Shown: positions 8,945 to 18,078 of the stretch, piece by piece
Numbering within the stretch: position 1 is the first letter of the stretch
Layout of the letters: every line of letters starts with the position of its first letter
Assembly (NCBI GenBank): GCA_937894705.1
Contig: CALAXP010000025.1
Span: 14,962 to 78,961, forward strand
From: an uncultured Lachnospiraceae bacterium
GTDB taxonomy: Bacteria > Bacillota > Clostridia > Lachnospirales > Lachnospiraceae
Length of the DNA: 64,000 bases
Direction of reading: 5' to 3'
Program-made: the position numbers and the translations under genes
The notes under the pieces: generated by a model
The model's database searches: none
Seen by the model: only the letters and a program-made list of their open reading frames with translations
What the model was told of the DNA's origin: nothing

Positions 8945-9330
8945 TATATTTGGTAATTACAAAACAAAAATATAACTTATATCATATATTTCAATATTGA
9001 TTCATTCAGATATACGATATGTTTGAATCACAGAAGTTCTTAATGTTCTGTAATTAAACTAGCCATGTTTGAACACGATGTTCAAACAAGCCGCCACTGA
9101 GCCATGGATGGCGAGCGGAGGGCGCATATGAACGAAGTTCATATTTAGGATGCGCCCGACAACCTGCCGACGAGCAAAGCGAGTGGACAATACCCGGGCG
9201 GCGGTGGCGTATTATAATGATATTTATGTCAGAACATTTAGAACTTCTTAGATTCAATACATTGTATATCGAATGAATTATATTGAAATATATGTAGAAT
9301 AAATAAGATGTTTCGTAATTGCTGAATATA
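8945..9330. repeat. Long palindromic element B (~105-nt imperfect arms around a GC-rich multi-hairpin core) upstream of mnmE
   Basis: 8955-8966/9309-9320, 8983-8997/9280-9294 (15/15), 9032-9050/9230-9248 (18/19); inner hairpins 9066-9088, 9101-9112, 9120-9157. Confidence 0.85.
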
Positions 9331-9347
9331 TGGAAAGGTGTTTGATT

Positions 9348-10721
9348 ATGGGTGAAACGATTGCTGCGATTGCAACCGGAATGGGAGATTCCGGCATAGG
9401 CATTATACGAATCAGTGGAGATACCGCATTACAGATTGTAAATCAGGTATTTCAACCGGTAAATAAAAAGAAAACAATTTTAAATATGGAAAGCTATACC
9501 GCCGCTTACGGAAAAATCATCTATGAAGATGAGATTTATGATGAAGCAGTTGCACTCGTCATGCGCGCCCCAAAGACATACACAACCGAAGATGTTGTGG
9601 AATTAGATTGTCATGGTGGTATCACTGTATTAAAGCGAATATTGGATCTCATGATCCGGCTTGGTGCAAGACCAGCGGAACCGGGCGAATTTACGAAGCG
9701 TGCGTTCTTAGGTGGACGAATTGATATGTCACAGGCAGAATCTGTTATGGATCTCATCCATGCAAAAAATGATATGGCAGCAAAATCATCCCTGCTTCAG
9801 CTTCGCGGTGAATTAAAGACTGTGATTACAGATCTGCGTGATACTTTACTTTATAACATTGCATACATTGAATCCGCCTTAGACGACCCAGAAAATTATT
9901 CCTTAGATAACTTTCCACAGCAATTACATATAACTGTGGATAACATGTTGATAACTGTGAATCATTTACTGTCAACCAGTGAAAATGGACGTATTATCAA
10001 GGAAGGAATCCGAACAGTTATCGTGGGACGCCCAAATGCAGGTAAATCTTCTGTTTTGAACATGCTGTTAGGTGAGGAACGTGCGATTGTCACAGAGGTT
10101 GCCGGCACAACAAGAGACACGCTGGAAGAACTGGTCAATATTGACGGAATTACGCTAAATATCGTGGATACAGCGGGTATTCATGATACAGAAGATATCG
10201 TAGAAAAAATCGGTGTAACAAAAGCTATGACAACGATTTCTGACGCGGATCTGGTTCTTTATATTGTTGATGGAACATGTCCTTTAAATGATGATGATTA
10301 CCGTATTATGGACGCTTTACAGGGCAAAAAAATCATTACTTTAATCAATAAAAACGATCAGAATCTGGTTGTGGATAAGTTGGGGATAACTTCAAAATTA
10401 CAGACTAAAATCCTGGAAATATCAGCCAAAGAAGGAACTGGAAAAGAACAGCTTCATGACCTGTTAAAGTCCATTTTCTTCAACCAGGAGCTTACCTATA
10501 ACGATGAACTCTACATCACCAACCTGCGTCATAAATCATTACTCTATGACACAAAAGAAAGTCTGAACAAAGTCTTAGAAAGTATCGATATGGGAATAGG
10601 AGAGGACTTCTTCACGATTGATCTGATGTCCGCCTACACAAGCCTCGGCAAAATCATTGGCGAAGAACTAGAAGATGATCTTGTCAACAAAATATTTGCT
10701 GAATTCTGTATGGGTAAGTAA
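9348..10721 (+). CDS. mnmE: tRNA modification GTPase MnmE (TrmE)
   Basis: TIAAIAT, GEFTKRAF, GRPNAGKSS, GTTRD, DTAG, terminal FCMGK; ATG 9348 follows the RBS GGAAAGG. Confidence 0.98.
   Translation: MGETIAAIATGMGDSGIGIIRISGDTALQIVNQVFQPVNKKKTILNMESYTAAYGKIIYEDEIYDEAVALVMRAPKTYTTEDVVELDCHGGITVLKRILDLMIRLGARPAEPGEFTKRAFLGGRIDMSQAESVMDLIHAKNDMAAKSSLLQLRGELKTVITDLRDTLLYNIAYIESALDDPENYSLDNFPQQLHITVDNMLITVNHLLSTSENGRIIKEGIRTVIVGRPNAGKSSVLNMLLGEERAIVTEVAGTTRDTLEELVNIDGITLNIVDTAGIHDTEDIVEKIGVTKAMTTISDADLVLYIVDGTCPLNDDDYRIMDALQGKKIITLINKNDQNLVVDKLGITSKLQTKILEISAKEGTGKEQLHDLLKSIFFNQELTYNDELYITNLRHKSLLYDTKESLNKVLESIDMGIGEDFFTIDLMSAYTSLGKIIGEELEDDLVNKIFAEFCMGK
9935..10389. promoter_or_regulatory. DnaA-box clusters inside mnmE
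   Basis: TGTGGATAA at 9935 and 10370; near-matches at 9946, 9956 and 10381. Confidence 0.6.
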
Positions 10722-10799
10722 TAATTGCAAAACACAATCAATACTTGAATTCATATATTTCAATATGAATTCAAGTATTGATTGTGTTTTGCAATTATT
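10720..10799. repeat. Perfect 37-bp inverted repeat (6-nt loop), related to the arms of element B
   Basis: 10720-10756 is the exact reverse complement of 10763-10799. Confidence 0.9.
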
Positions 10800-10803
10800 T
10801 CAA

Positions 10804-10853
10804 CTTAATTAAAAAGGATAACCGTTTTTCAACGGTTATCCTTTTTAATTAAG
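10804..10853. terminator. Bidirectional terminator at the jag 3' end
   Basis: 23-bp perfect stem, TTTC loop, A5/T5 runs. Confidence 0.85.
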
Positions 10854-11478
10854 CATTTTTCTTCAAGTAGATAACAACCTTACGATAAGGCTCTTCACCC
10901 TCACTTCTGGTAGCTACATATTTATCGTTCTGAAGAGCAGAATGGATAATTCTTCTCTCATAAGGATTCATAGGCTCCAGAGTAAATGGTCTTCTTGTTC
11001 TCTTAACCTTGAATGAAATATTTTTTGCAAGATTCTCCAATGTATCTTTTCTTCTTGCACGATAGTTCTCTGTATCAAGCTTGACACGAATATAAGATTC
11101 GCTCTTCTTATTTACGAACAAGCTGATCAGATACTGCAGAGAATCCAATGTCTGTCCACGCTTACCGATCAGAATACCCATATCCGGACCTTCTACGTCG
11201 ATATCCATCGTTGCTTCTGCTTCATCATAATCGATTGTAACCTTTGCTTCAATATCCATAGCCTTGAACAGATTGTCAAGGTATTCCTGAATATCATCTA
11301 AGAAGCTTTCCTTTTTCTTAGCTTTGATTACCGCCGGTTTTGCACCGATTCCTAAAAATCCGGAAGTACCTTTTTCGATTACTTCGTATTCAAGGTCTGT
11401 GCTCACGCAACCAAACTCCGTAGACGCAAGAGTGATTGCTTCATCGACTGTTTTTGCCTTAAACTCTCTATACTCCAC
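10849..11478 (-). CDS. jag: RNA-binding protein Jag/EloR/KhpB
   Basis: Jag_N, KH (LIGKRGQTL) and R3H (ERRIIH) domains. Confidence 0.95.
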   Translation of the reverse strand: MEYREFKAKTVDEAITLASTEFGCVSTDLEYEVIEKGTSGFLGIGAKPAVIKAKKKESFLDDIQEYLDNLFKAMDIEAKVTIDYDEAEATMDIDVEGPDMGILIGKRGQTLDSLQYLISLFVNKKSESYIRVKLDTENYRARRKDTLENLAKNISFKVKRTRRPFTLEPMNPYERRIIHSALQNDKYVATRSEGEEPYRKVVIYLKKNA

Positions 11479-11489
11479 TTTTCTTACTC

Positions 11490-12770
11490 CTACTTATCAT
11501 CTTTATCATTGTTATAACGCTGCATGATATTTGCTTTTGATGCAAGGGAACCTGCACGATACTTTTTTCCGGCATCATTGCCAGACTTCATTGTGTTAGA
11601 AGAATAACTCTTTAAGCTTGCATTTTTTACGCCGTTTTCAACCTTTCCTTCATCTGAATAGGAAGAAGATGCCTGTCCATAAGCAGCCTCCTGCATTTTC
11701 TCAATAAAGGATTTCTTGTTTTTCTTCTTCTTTTTTGCATTCTTCTTTGCAGCCTTTGCCATACTCTTTTCCAGAATCTTATCCATATCACAATGCTTAA
11801 AGTAAGCATTTGTACAAACAGTTGTAAGGAAAGAGATAAAGGAACCCATTGCCCAGTAAAGACCTACACCACAAGGTACATTCACGCAGACGAAGAAAGA
11901 GAAGATTGGCATGACATACATCATGGTTCTCATCGTTCCCATCGTAGCCTGCTGTGCTGGATCATCCGAACCCTGCATTGGCGTAACCTTCATACTCAAA
12001 AACTGGAAGATAAGTGACAATATCGGGATGATAATTGCAGTTGTCAATGCAAAATGTGGAACGGCTGTCAGATCCAAACCGAAGAAGTTATAAATCTGTT
12101 TGATATTATCCACATTGCCATTGGCTGCCATTGCATCTACGACTGCACCTGAATTGCCAAGCTTCTGAGCAAATGTATCCCACAATGTTCTTGGGAAGTT
12201 TGCAAGCACATCAATGATCGTATTTGTATTTTCATAGTTGATGGACTTCATCGCATTTGTAAGCTGCTGTCCACCATCTGCTGTTACCGCTTCCAAAGCC
12301 TTCTGTGCAACGGAATCACCCTGGATTGCTGTTGCGATTGGCTTGTACATATCATATACCTTTGGTACATATGCAGGTATATTCTGAATTACGCGGTACA
12401 AAGCAAGGAAAATCGGAAGCTGAATCAACGATGTCAGACAACCGCTTGTCATGCTGACACCATACTTACTCTGAATCTCTTTCGTGATCCGCTGTACTTC
12501 CATCATTGACTGCTGATCTGTCTTACCTCTGTACTTCTTAGTTGCCTTATTGATTTCCGGCTGAATCATCGCTGTGATCTTACTCGAACGATTCTGCTTA
12601 TACATCAATGGAAAGATAAGCAGACGCACAAGCAATGTAAACAGAATAATCGCAATACCGATTGATTCCACACCGATTGCATTCAGTCCACGGTAAAGCA
12701 AACTAAGAATGTCTCCTAAAAGCCTCGAAATTGGCTTGATAATAAAGCCACCTGACTGTGTTAAAAACAT
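11490..12770 (-). CDS. yidC: Membrane protein insertase YidC/Oxa1
   Basis: IILFTLLVRLLIFPL, GCLTSLIQLPIF, GVGLYW; ATG 12770 follows GGAGG. Confidence 0.93.
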   Translation of the reverse strand: MFLTQSGGFIIKPISRLLGDILSLLYRGLNAIGVESIGIAIILFTLLVRLLIFPLMYKQNRSSKITAMIQPEINKATKKYRGKTDQQSMMEVQRITKEIQSKYGVSMTSGCLTSLIQLPIFLALYRVIQNIPAYVPKVYDMYKPIATAIQGDSVAQKALEAVTADGGQQLTNAMKSINYENTNTIIDVLANFPRTLWDTFAQKLGNSGAVVDAMAANGNVDNIKQIYNFFGLDLTAVPHFALTTAIIIPILSLIFQFLSMKVTPMQGSDDPAQQATMGTMRTMMYVMPIFSFFVCVNVPCGVGLYWAMGSFISFLTTVCTNAYFKHCDMDKILEKSMAKAAKKNAKKKKKNKKSFIEKMQEAAYGQASSSYSDEGKVENGVKNASLKSYSSNTMKSGNDAGKKYRAGSLASKANIMQRYNNDKDDK

Positions 12771-12810
12771 ATTGTCCTCCAATTAGTCGTGTAAGACCCT
12801 GTCTTACATA

Positions 12811-13023
12811 TTAAGGAACTGGATCATATCCACCTTTTGAAAATGGATTACATCGAAGGATTCTCCATACTGTCAGGGCTGTTCCTTTTAAAAAACCATA
12901 TTTCTGATATGCTTCAATTGCATAATTGGAACAGGTCGGATAATATTTGCAGTGACCATATTTTTTCCAGGGTGAAATGTATTTCTGATACAGATGTATC
13001 ATCTTAATACATGCCTTTTTCAT
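12811..13023 (-). CDS. yidD: Membrane protein insertion efficiency factor YidD
   Basis: [32 protein letters not shown]. Confidence 0.95.
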   Translation of the reverse strand: MKKACIKMIHLYQKYISPWKKYGHCKYYPTCSNYAIEAYQKYGFLKGTALTVWRILRCNPFSKGGYDPVP

Positions 13024-13382
13024 TCCATCACCTCCGGAACAGTATCCTGCATCAAGATTTCATGTTTTTTCGCCAGATGCAAAAATGCAGAATCTATCTC
13101 GTGAAAAGATTTACCCTTTGCATTCATTCTTGCGACAACCACAAGATCATATCCCGGTTTTATACAATATTTATTCAACCGATACGTTTCCCTGATCAGT
13201 CTGGTCAAACGATGCCTGACCACACTATTACCAACTTTCTTACTAACAGAGATTCCAATTCTACTGTAATCCAAGTTGTTGGCCCTCAGATACATCACTA
13301 AATACTTATTGGCAAACGATTCTTTTTGGTTATATACCTTGCCGAACTCTCTGTTATTTTTAAGTGTAACTATATGTCTCAT
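13020..13382 (-). CDS. rnpA: Ribonuclease P protein component
   Basis: [25 protein letters not shown]; synteny. Confidence 0.95.
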   Translation of the reverse strand: MRHIVTLKNNREFGKVYNQKESFANKYLVMYLRANNLDYSRIGISVSKKVGNSVVRHRLTRLIRETYRLNKYCIKPGYDLVVVARMNAKGKSFHEIDSAFLHLAKKHEILMQDTVPEVME

Positions 13383-13423
13383 ACAATTCTCCACTTAATG
13401 AAAAAGGTCACAATACCTGTGAC

Positions 13424-13558
13424 CTACGCTGATAACTGCTTTCTGCCCTTAGCACGTCTTGCGGCCAATACCTTTCTTCCGTTCGCTGTGCTCATTCTCT
13501 TTCTGAAGCCGTGAACTTTAGAACGCTGTCTCTTCTTTGGCTGAAATGTCATTTTCAT
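13424..13558 (-). CDS. rpmH: 50S ribosomal protein L34 (not in the ORF track)
   Basis: Manual translation [44 protein letters not shown], 44 aa. Confidence 0.97.
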   Translation of the reverse strand: MKMTFQPKKRQRSKVHGFRKRMSTANGRKVLAARRAKGRKQLSA

Positions 13559-13639
13559 AATGAAAGTCCTCCTTTTCTATATAGTTATGCCCGAAAACTG
13601 CATACTCGCCTATTATATTGAAAAAATAAGCTTCCGTCA

Positions 13640-13950
13640 ATAGAAGTTATCCACAAATATATAGGGATATACCAACCTAATTTACATAATGTTATCCACA
13701 AATTGTTATTAACTTGTGGAAAACTTGTATATTTCATGTTCATTTATCCTCAAAATGCCTATTTTACGTTATTTTTAATATACACAATTTTCCAAGTAAA
13801 CATAATTTTACTTTACATAACATTCTATATCACTCATTATTATTTTTCTTCCTATAATTATGTAGTAAAAATCTCCGAAATCCACGACCAAAACTTGCTA
13901 AAATTCTGAATTTATTGTAAAATAGAATCCAAGTGTGCGGATAAAGGAAG
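13640..13950. other. oriC part 1 (rpmH-dnaA intergenic DnaA boxes)
   Basis: TTATCCACA at 13647 and 13692; TGTGGAAAA 13715; TTATCCTCA 13744; TGCGGATAA 13936. Confidence 0.85.
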
Positions 13951-13972
13951 CACGGTATTTAGGAGTTATGAT

Positions 13973-15352
13973 ATGAAAGAATTAATCGAATCAAAATGGG
14001 AAGAGATCCTGTCTCTTCTGGAAACTGAATATGACATTTCCAGTATCATGATCAATACATGGATTCGTTCCCTCAAAATATATGAGGTTAAAAATAACAC
14101 AGTTTATTTTTATGTAGATGAAAAGCTCGGTGAAAATGCGTTGAAATTCTTAAAGCGTAAAGAGTTTGACATTTTTTTACTTTCCTCTATTCGCGAGACA
14201 TTAAATGACAGTACGATTGATATTGTGATCGACGAAAAGAAAAATCTGATTGAAAGCGACGAAGAAGCCAGAAAAGAGTCTGTACAAAAATCCGACTCTT
14301 ACAAGGAAGCCGTCAGCCGCAGCAATCTTAATCCAAAATATACATTTGACACGTTTATTGTAGGAGAAGGAAACCGCCACGCTCATGCGACATGTCTGGC
14401 AGTTGCCGATCTTCCGGGACAGGATAATTTCAATCCATTGTTCTTATATGGAAACTCCGGACTTGGCAAGACGCATCTCATGCAGTCTATCGCACATTAC
14501 ATCCTGCAAAAAGATGATAAAACAAAGGTTTTGTATGTACCATCCGAGACATTTACGCATGAGATTATCGACGCGATCAAGAATCATACGACAAATGAAT
14601 TCCGTGAGAAATACAGAAATGTAGACGTCCTGCTGATTGATGACATCCAGTTCATCATCAAAAAGGAAAGTACACAGACGGAATTTTTCAATACTTTTAA
14701 TGAACTTTATAATAATAAGAAACAGATTATTCTTTCTTCTGACCAGCCTCCAAAGGAGTTACAGTCTTTGAATGAGAGAATCCGTTCCCGTTTTGAGTGT
14801 GGTATCCCGATTGATATTCACGAGCCTGACTATGAAACACGTATGGCAATCCTCAAGACAAAAGCGGAGATGGATCATTTAAACGATATTCCAGAAGAAG
14901 TGTTCCAGTATATCGCAGAGAATGTAACGAACAACATCCGGGAGCTCGAAGGTGCTCTGCATAAGATTGGCATTTTTTCAAAGCTTATGAAGGAAGAGGT
15001 TACACTGGAGACAGCCAAGGAATCCCTGAAGGATCTTATCAACAAAGAGAAGAATGAGACGATTACCGGTGAGACGATTCTCAAGACGGTATCCGAGCAT
15101 ATGAATATCTCTCCAGATGATATCCGCTCCAAGAAGCGTAGTCAGGATATCGCGACAGCCAGACAGGTTGTTATGTACTTATGTCGAAAGCTTACGGTGA
15201 TGTCTCTGCAGTCTGCGGGCAATATCGTCGGCGGTCGTGACCATACGACAGTCATCAACGGCATTAACCGTGTTGAGGCGAAACGGAAAGAAGATCCGGC
15301 ATTCAACAATACGATTGAGACAATCATCAAAAAGCTGGATACAAATGCATAG
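13973..15352 (+). CDS. dnaA: Chromosomal replication initiator DnaA
   Basis: NPLFLYGNSGLGKTHL, LLIDDIQF, GGRDHTTV. Confidence 0.99.
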   Translation: MKELIESKWEEILSLLETEYDISSIMINTWIRSLKIYEVKNNTVYFYVDEKLGENALKFLKRKEFDIFLLSSIRETLNDSTIDIVIDEKKNLIESDEEARKESVQKSDSYKEAVSRSNLNPKYTFDTFIVGEGNRHAHATCLAVADLPGQDNFNPLFLYGNSGLGKTHLMQSIAHYILQKDDKTKVLYVPSETFTHEIIDAIKNHTTNEFREKYRNVDVLLIDDIQFIIKKESTQTEFFNTFNELYNNKKQIILSSDQPPKELQSLNERIRSRFECGIPIDIHEPDYETRMAILKTKAEMDHLNDIPEEVFQYIAENVTNNIRELEGALHKIGIFSKLMKEEVTLETAKESLKDLINKEKNETITGETILKTVSEHMNISPDDIRSKKRSQDIATARQVVMYLCRKLTVMSLQSAGNIVGGRDHTTVINGINRVEAKRKEDPAFNNTIETIIKKLDTNA

Positions 15353-15590
15353 ATTTGCACATGTTTTTGTGATTAGATTGAAGATAACATGTTGACACTT
15401 TTTTAAACCATTCTTATGTTAACTTTAACGCAGGAAGTTATCCAGATGCTTCCACATGGAGTCCGGTTCATTTCAACATGGTTATAAAGGTGGATTTAAC
15501 CAGCAGCCATCAATGTTTTTGATGGTTATATACATATCCACAGCCACTACTATTACTACTACTAATTTATATTCTATATTTATGACTCAG
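15353..15590. other. oriC part 2 with DnaA boxes, DnaA-trios and AT-rich unwinding element
   Basis: TTATATACA/ATATCCACA 15526-15542, then GCC, TAC/TAT trinucleotide repeats 15546-15564 and an AT run; same layout as the B. subtilis basal unwinding system. Confidence 0.85.
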
Positions 15591-15619
15591 GCGCAGCCTC
15601 GAAAGGAGTTACAACTAAC

Positions 15620-16735
15620 ATGAAGATAAAATGTTCAAAAGTAAACCTGTTAAATTCTCTTAACATCGTTTCGAAAGCAGTTTCTACTAAAACAACATTA
15701 CCTATTCTGGAATGTATCTTAATTGATGTATATGCAGACAGCATTAAGCTGACCGCAAATGATCTTGAAATTGGTATTGAAACAATCTTAGATGGAGAAG
15801 TAATTGAGATGGGACGCATTGCGATTGAAGCAAAGCTGTTCAATGATATCGTTCGTAAGCTTCCAAACAGTGAAATCTTTATTGATACAACACCGGATTA
15901 TAATACGATTATCCGTTGTGAGAAATCAAAGTTTGTTATTCCATCCAAATCCGGTGAGGATTTTACAGAGCTTCCTCAGATTGAGAAGGAAAAGAGTATT
16001 GAGCTTTCACAGTTTTCTTTAAAGGAGATCATCCGACAGACGATTTTTTCTATCTCAGATAATGAGAATAACAAGCTGATGACCGGTGAGTTGTTTGAGG
16101 TAAAGGATGGCGTATTGCAGGTCGTATCTCTGGATGGACACCGTATTTCCCTGCGTAATCTTGCATTAAAGGGAAATGCTTCGAATGTGAGCGTTGTTGT
16201 ACCGGGAAAGACACTCAATGATCTCTCAAAGATCATTACAGGTGGCGTCGATGATATGGTAACAGTTTACTTCACAGACAGACATATTTTATTTGAGTTT
16301 GAGAATACAATAGTAGTATCCCGTCTGTTGGAAGGTGAGTATTTCAAGATTGTGCAGATGCTTTCTATGGATCATAAGATCAAAGTTCGTGTAAATAACA
16401 GAGAGTTGTTTGATTGTATCGATCGTGCTTCTATCCTTATGCGTGAGTCAGATAAGAAGCCAATCGTTGTCAGTATAAAAAATGATAACCGTATGTATCT
16501 CAAAGTCGATACAATGATGGGTTCCATGAATGAAGAAATTGAAATCACAAAGGATGGAGAGGAAATCATCATTGGATTTAATCCAAGATTTCTGACAGAT
16601 GTGTTGAAGGTTATTGACGATGAAGACATCTTTATCTACATGCGTGATGCAAAATCACCATGTATCATCCGGGATGATGCAGGAACATATATCTACGTAG
16701 TATTACCGGTTAATATCAATGCGGGGGCTTATTAA
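15620..16735 (+). CDS. dnaN: DNA polymerase III beta clamp
   Basis: LPILECI, SLDGHRIS, SRLLEG, IGFNPRFL, VLPV. Confidence 0.98.
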   Translation: MKIKCSKVNLLNSLNIVSKAVSTKTTLPILECILIDVYADSIKLTANDLEIGIETILDGEVIEMGRIAIEAKLFNDIVRKLPNSEIFIDTTPDYNTIIRCEKSKFVIPSKSGEDFTELPQIEKEKSIELSQFSLKEIIRQTIFSISDNENNKLMTGELFEVKDGVLQVVSLDGHRISLRNLALKGNASNVSVVVPGKTLNDLSKIITGGVDDMVTVYFTDRHILFEFENTIVVSRLLEGEYFKIVQMLSMDHKIKVRVNNRELFDCIDRASILMRESDKKPIVVSIKNDNRMYLKVDTMMGSMNEEIEITKDGEEIIIGFNPRFLTDVLKVIDDEDIFIYMRDAKSPCIIRDDAGTYIYVVLPVNINAGAY

Positions 16736-16737
16736 TC

Positions 16738-16962
16738 ATGGGTGAGATGCATATTTTAAAGCTTCGCGAGGGCGAGGAATATATCAAATTAGGACAGGCA
16801 TTAAAGGCAACCGGGCTTGCAGATTCCGGAATTGATGCAAAAGAAATCATTCAGCAGGGACTGGTTTTAGTCAATGGTGAGATTGACGAGCGTCGTGGAA
16901 GAAAGCTCTATGATGGTGATGAAGTCGTGTTCGATGATAATAAAATCAGTATTCAGAAGTAA
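16738..16962 (+). CDS. yaaA: S4-domain RNA-binding protein YaaA
   Basis: YIKLGQALK...VNGE..RRGRKL; lies between dnaN and recF. Confidence 0.9.
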   Translation: MGEMHILKLREGEEYIKLGQALKATGLADSGIDAKEIIQQGLVLVNGEIDERRGRKLYDGDEVVFDDNKISIQK

Positions 16963-16986
16963 TTTCTGTGCAAATGAGGTGTAGGC

Positions 16987-18078
16987 ATGTATATTGAAAA
17001 TCTGGCACTGCAAAATTACAGAAATTATGCGCGTGCCGAGATTACATTTTCCGATGGTATCAACATTTTATATGGGGATAACGCACAGGGAAAGACCAAC
17101 ATATTGGAAGCTATCTACCTGATTGGAACGACAAAGAGCCACAGAGGAAGCAAGGATCGGGAAATCATACGATTTGATGCAGATGAAAGTCATATCCGCG
17201 CAGAAATAAAAAAAGATGGCATGCACCGACGGATTGATATGCATTTGAAAAAGAGCAGGTCAAAGGGAATTGCAATCGATATGGTACCAATCCGCAGAAG
17301 TTCTGAGTTGCTTGGTACGATGAATATGGTTTTCTTTTCTCCGGAGGATTTGTCTATCATAAAAAACAGTCCGGCAGAGCGAAGAAATTTCATGGATATG
17401 GAATTATGCCAGTTGGATAAGATTTATGTGAGTCTGCTGGGAAATTATAAAAAAGTGTTAGATCAGAGAAACAATCTGTTAAGACAGATTGGATTTGATA
17501 AAAGTAAAATGGATATGTTGCCAGTCTGGGATGACCAACTGGTAAAATATGGTATAGAAATCATTAAAAAAAGGAATCATTTTATTGATTTGATAAATGA
17601 GATAATTCCTGATATACATAGCAATTTAACGTCGGGAAAAGAACATTTGTGTCTGGTATATGAGAAAAATGCAGAAGCGGAAAGCTTTGCATCGATGCTT
17701 GCAGAAAAACAGGAGATGGACTTACGTTATCAGACAACACAGACAGGTCCTCACCGCGATGATATCGCTTTTTTGATTGATGGTATGGATGTGAGAAAGT
17801 TCGGTTCGCAGGGACAGCAGCGTACAGTGGCGCTGTCATTGAAGCTTGCAGAAATCGAACTGGTAAAGAGACTGATACAGGATAATCCCATATTACTGTT
17901 AGACGATGTAATGTCTGAGCTGGATCGAAGCCGGCAGGATGCGTTATTAGAGTCTATTCGAGGAATCCAAACGATTCTTACATGTACAGGATATGATGAT
18001 TTTATAAAGGAACGGCTGACAATCGACAAGGTATATAAGGTTGTTGCCGGAACGATACAGGAGGAGTTAGATGGGTAA
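16987..18078 (+). CDS. recF: DNA replication/repair protein RecF
   Basis: [33 protein letters not shown]. Confidence 0.98.
   Translation: MYIENLALQNYRNYARAEITFSDGINILYGDNAQGKTNILEAIYLIGTTKSHRGSKDREIIRFDADESHIRAEIKKDGMHRRIDMHLKKSRSKGIAIDMVPIRRSSELLGTMNMVFFSPEDLSIIKNSPAERRNFMDMELCQLDKIYVSLLGNYKKVLDQRNNLLRQIGFDKSKMDMLPVWDDQLVKYGIEIIKKRNHFIDLINEIIPDIHSNLTSGKEHLCLVYEKNAEAESFASMLAEKQEMDLRYQTTQTGPHRDDIAFLIDGMDVRKFGSQGQQRTVALSLKLAEIELVKRLIQDNPILLLDDVMSELDRSRQDALLESIRGIQTILTCTGYDDFIKERLTIDKVYKVVAGTIQEELDG

Noticed and set aside
9054..9257. 67-aa ORF (and 8614-8805, 63 aa) in the mnmG-mnmE spacer
   Set aside because: They lie within the palindromic elements, have no RBS, and their composition is explained by the repeats.
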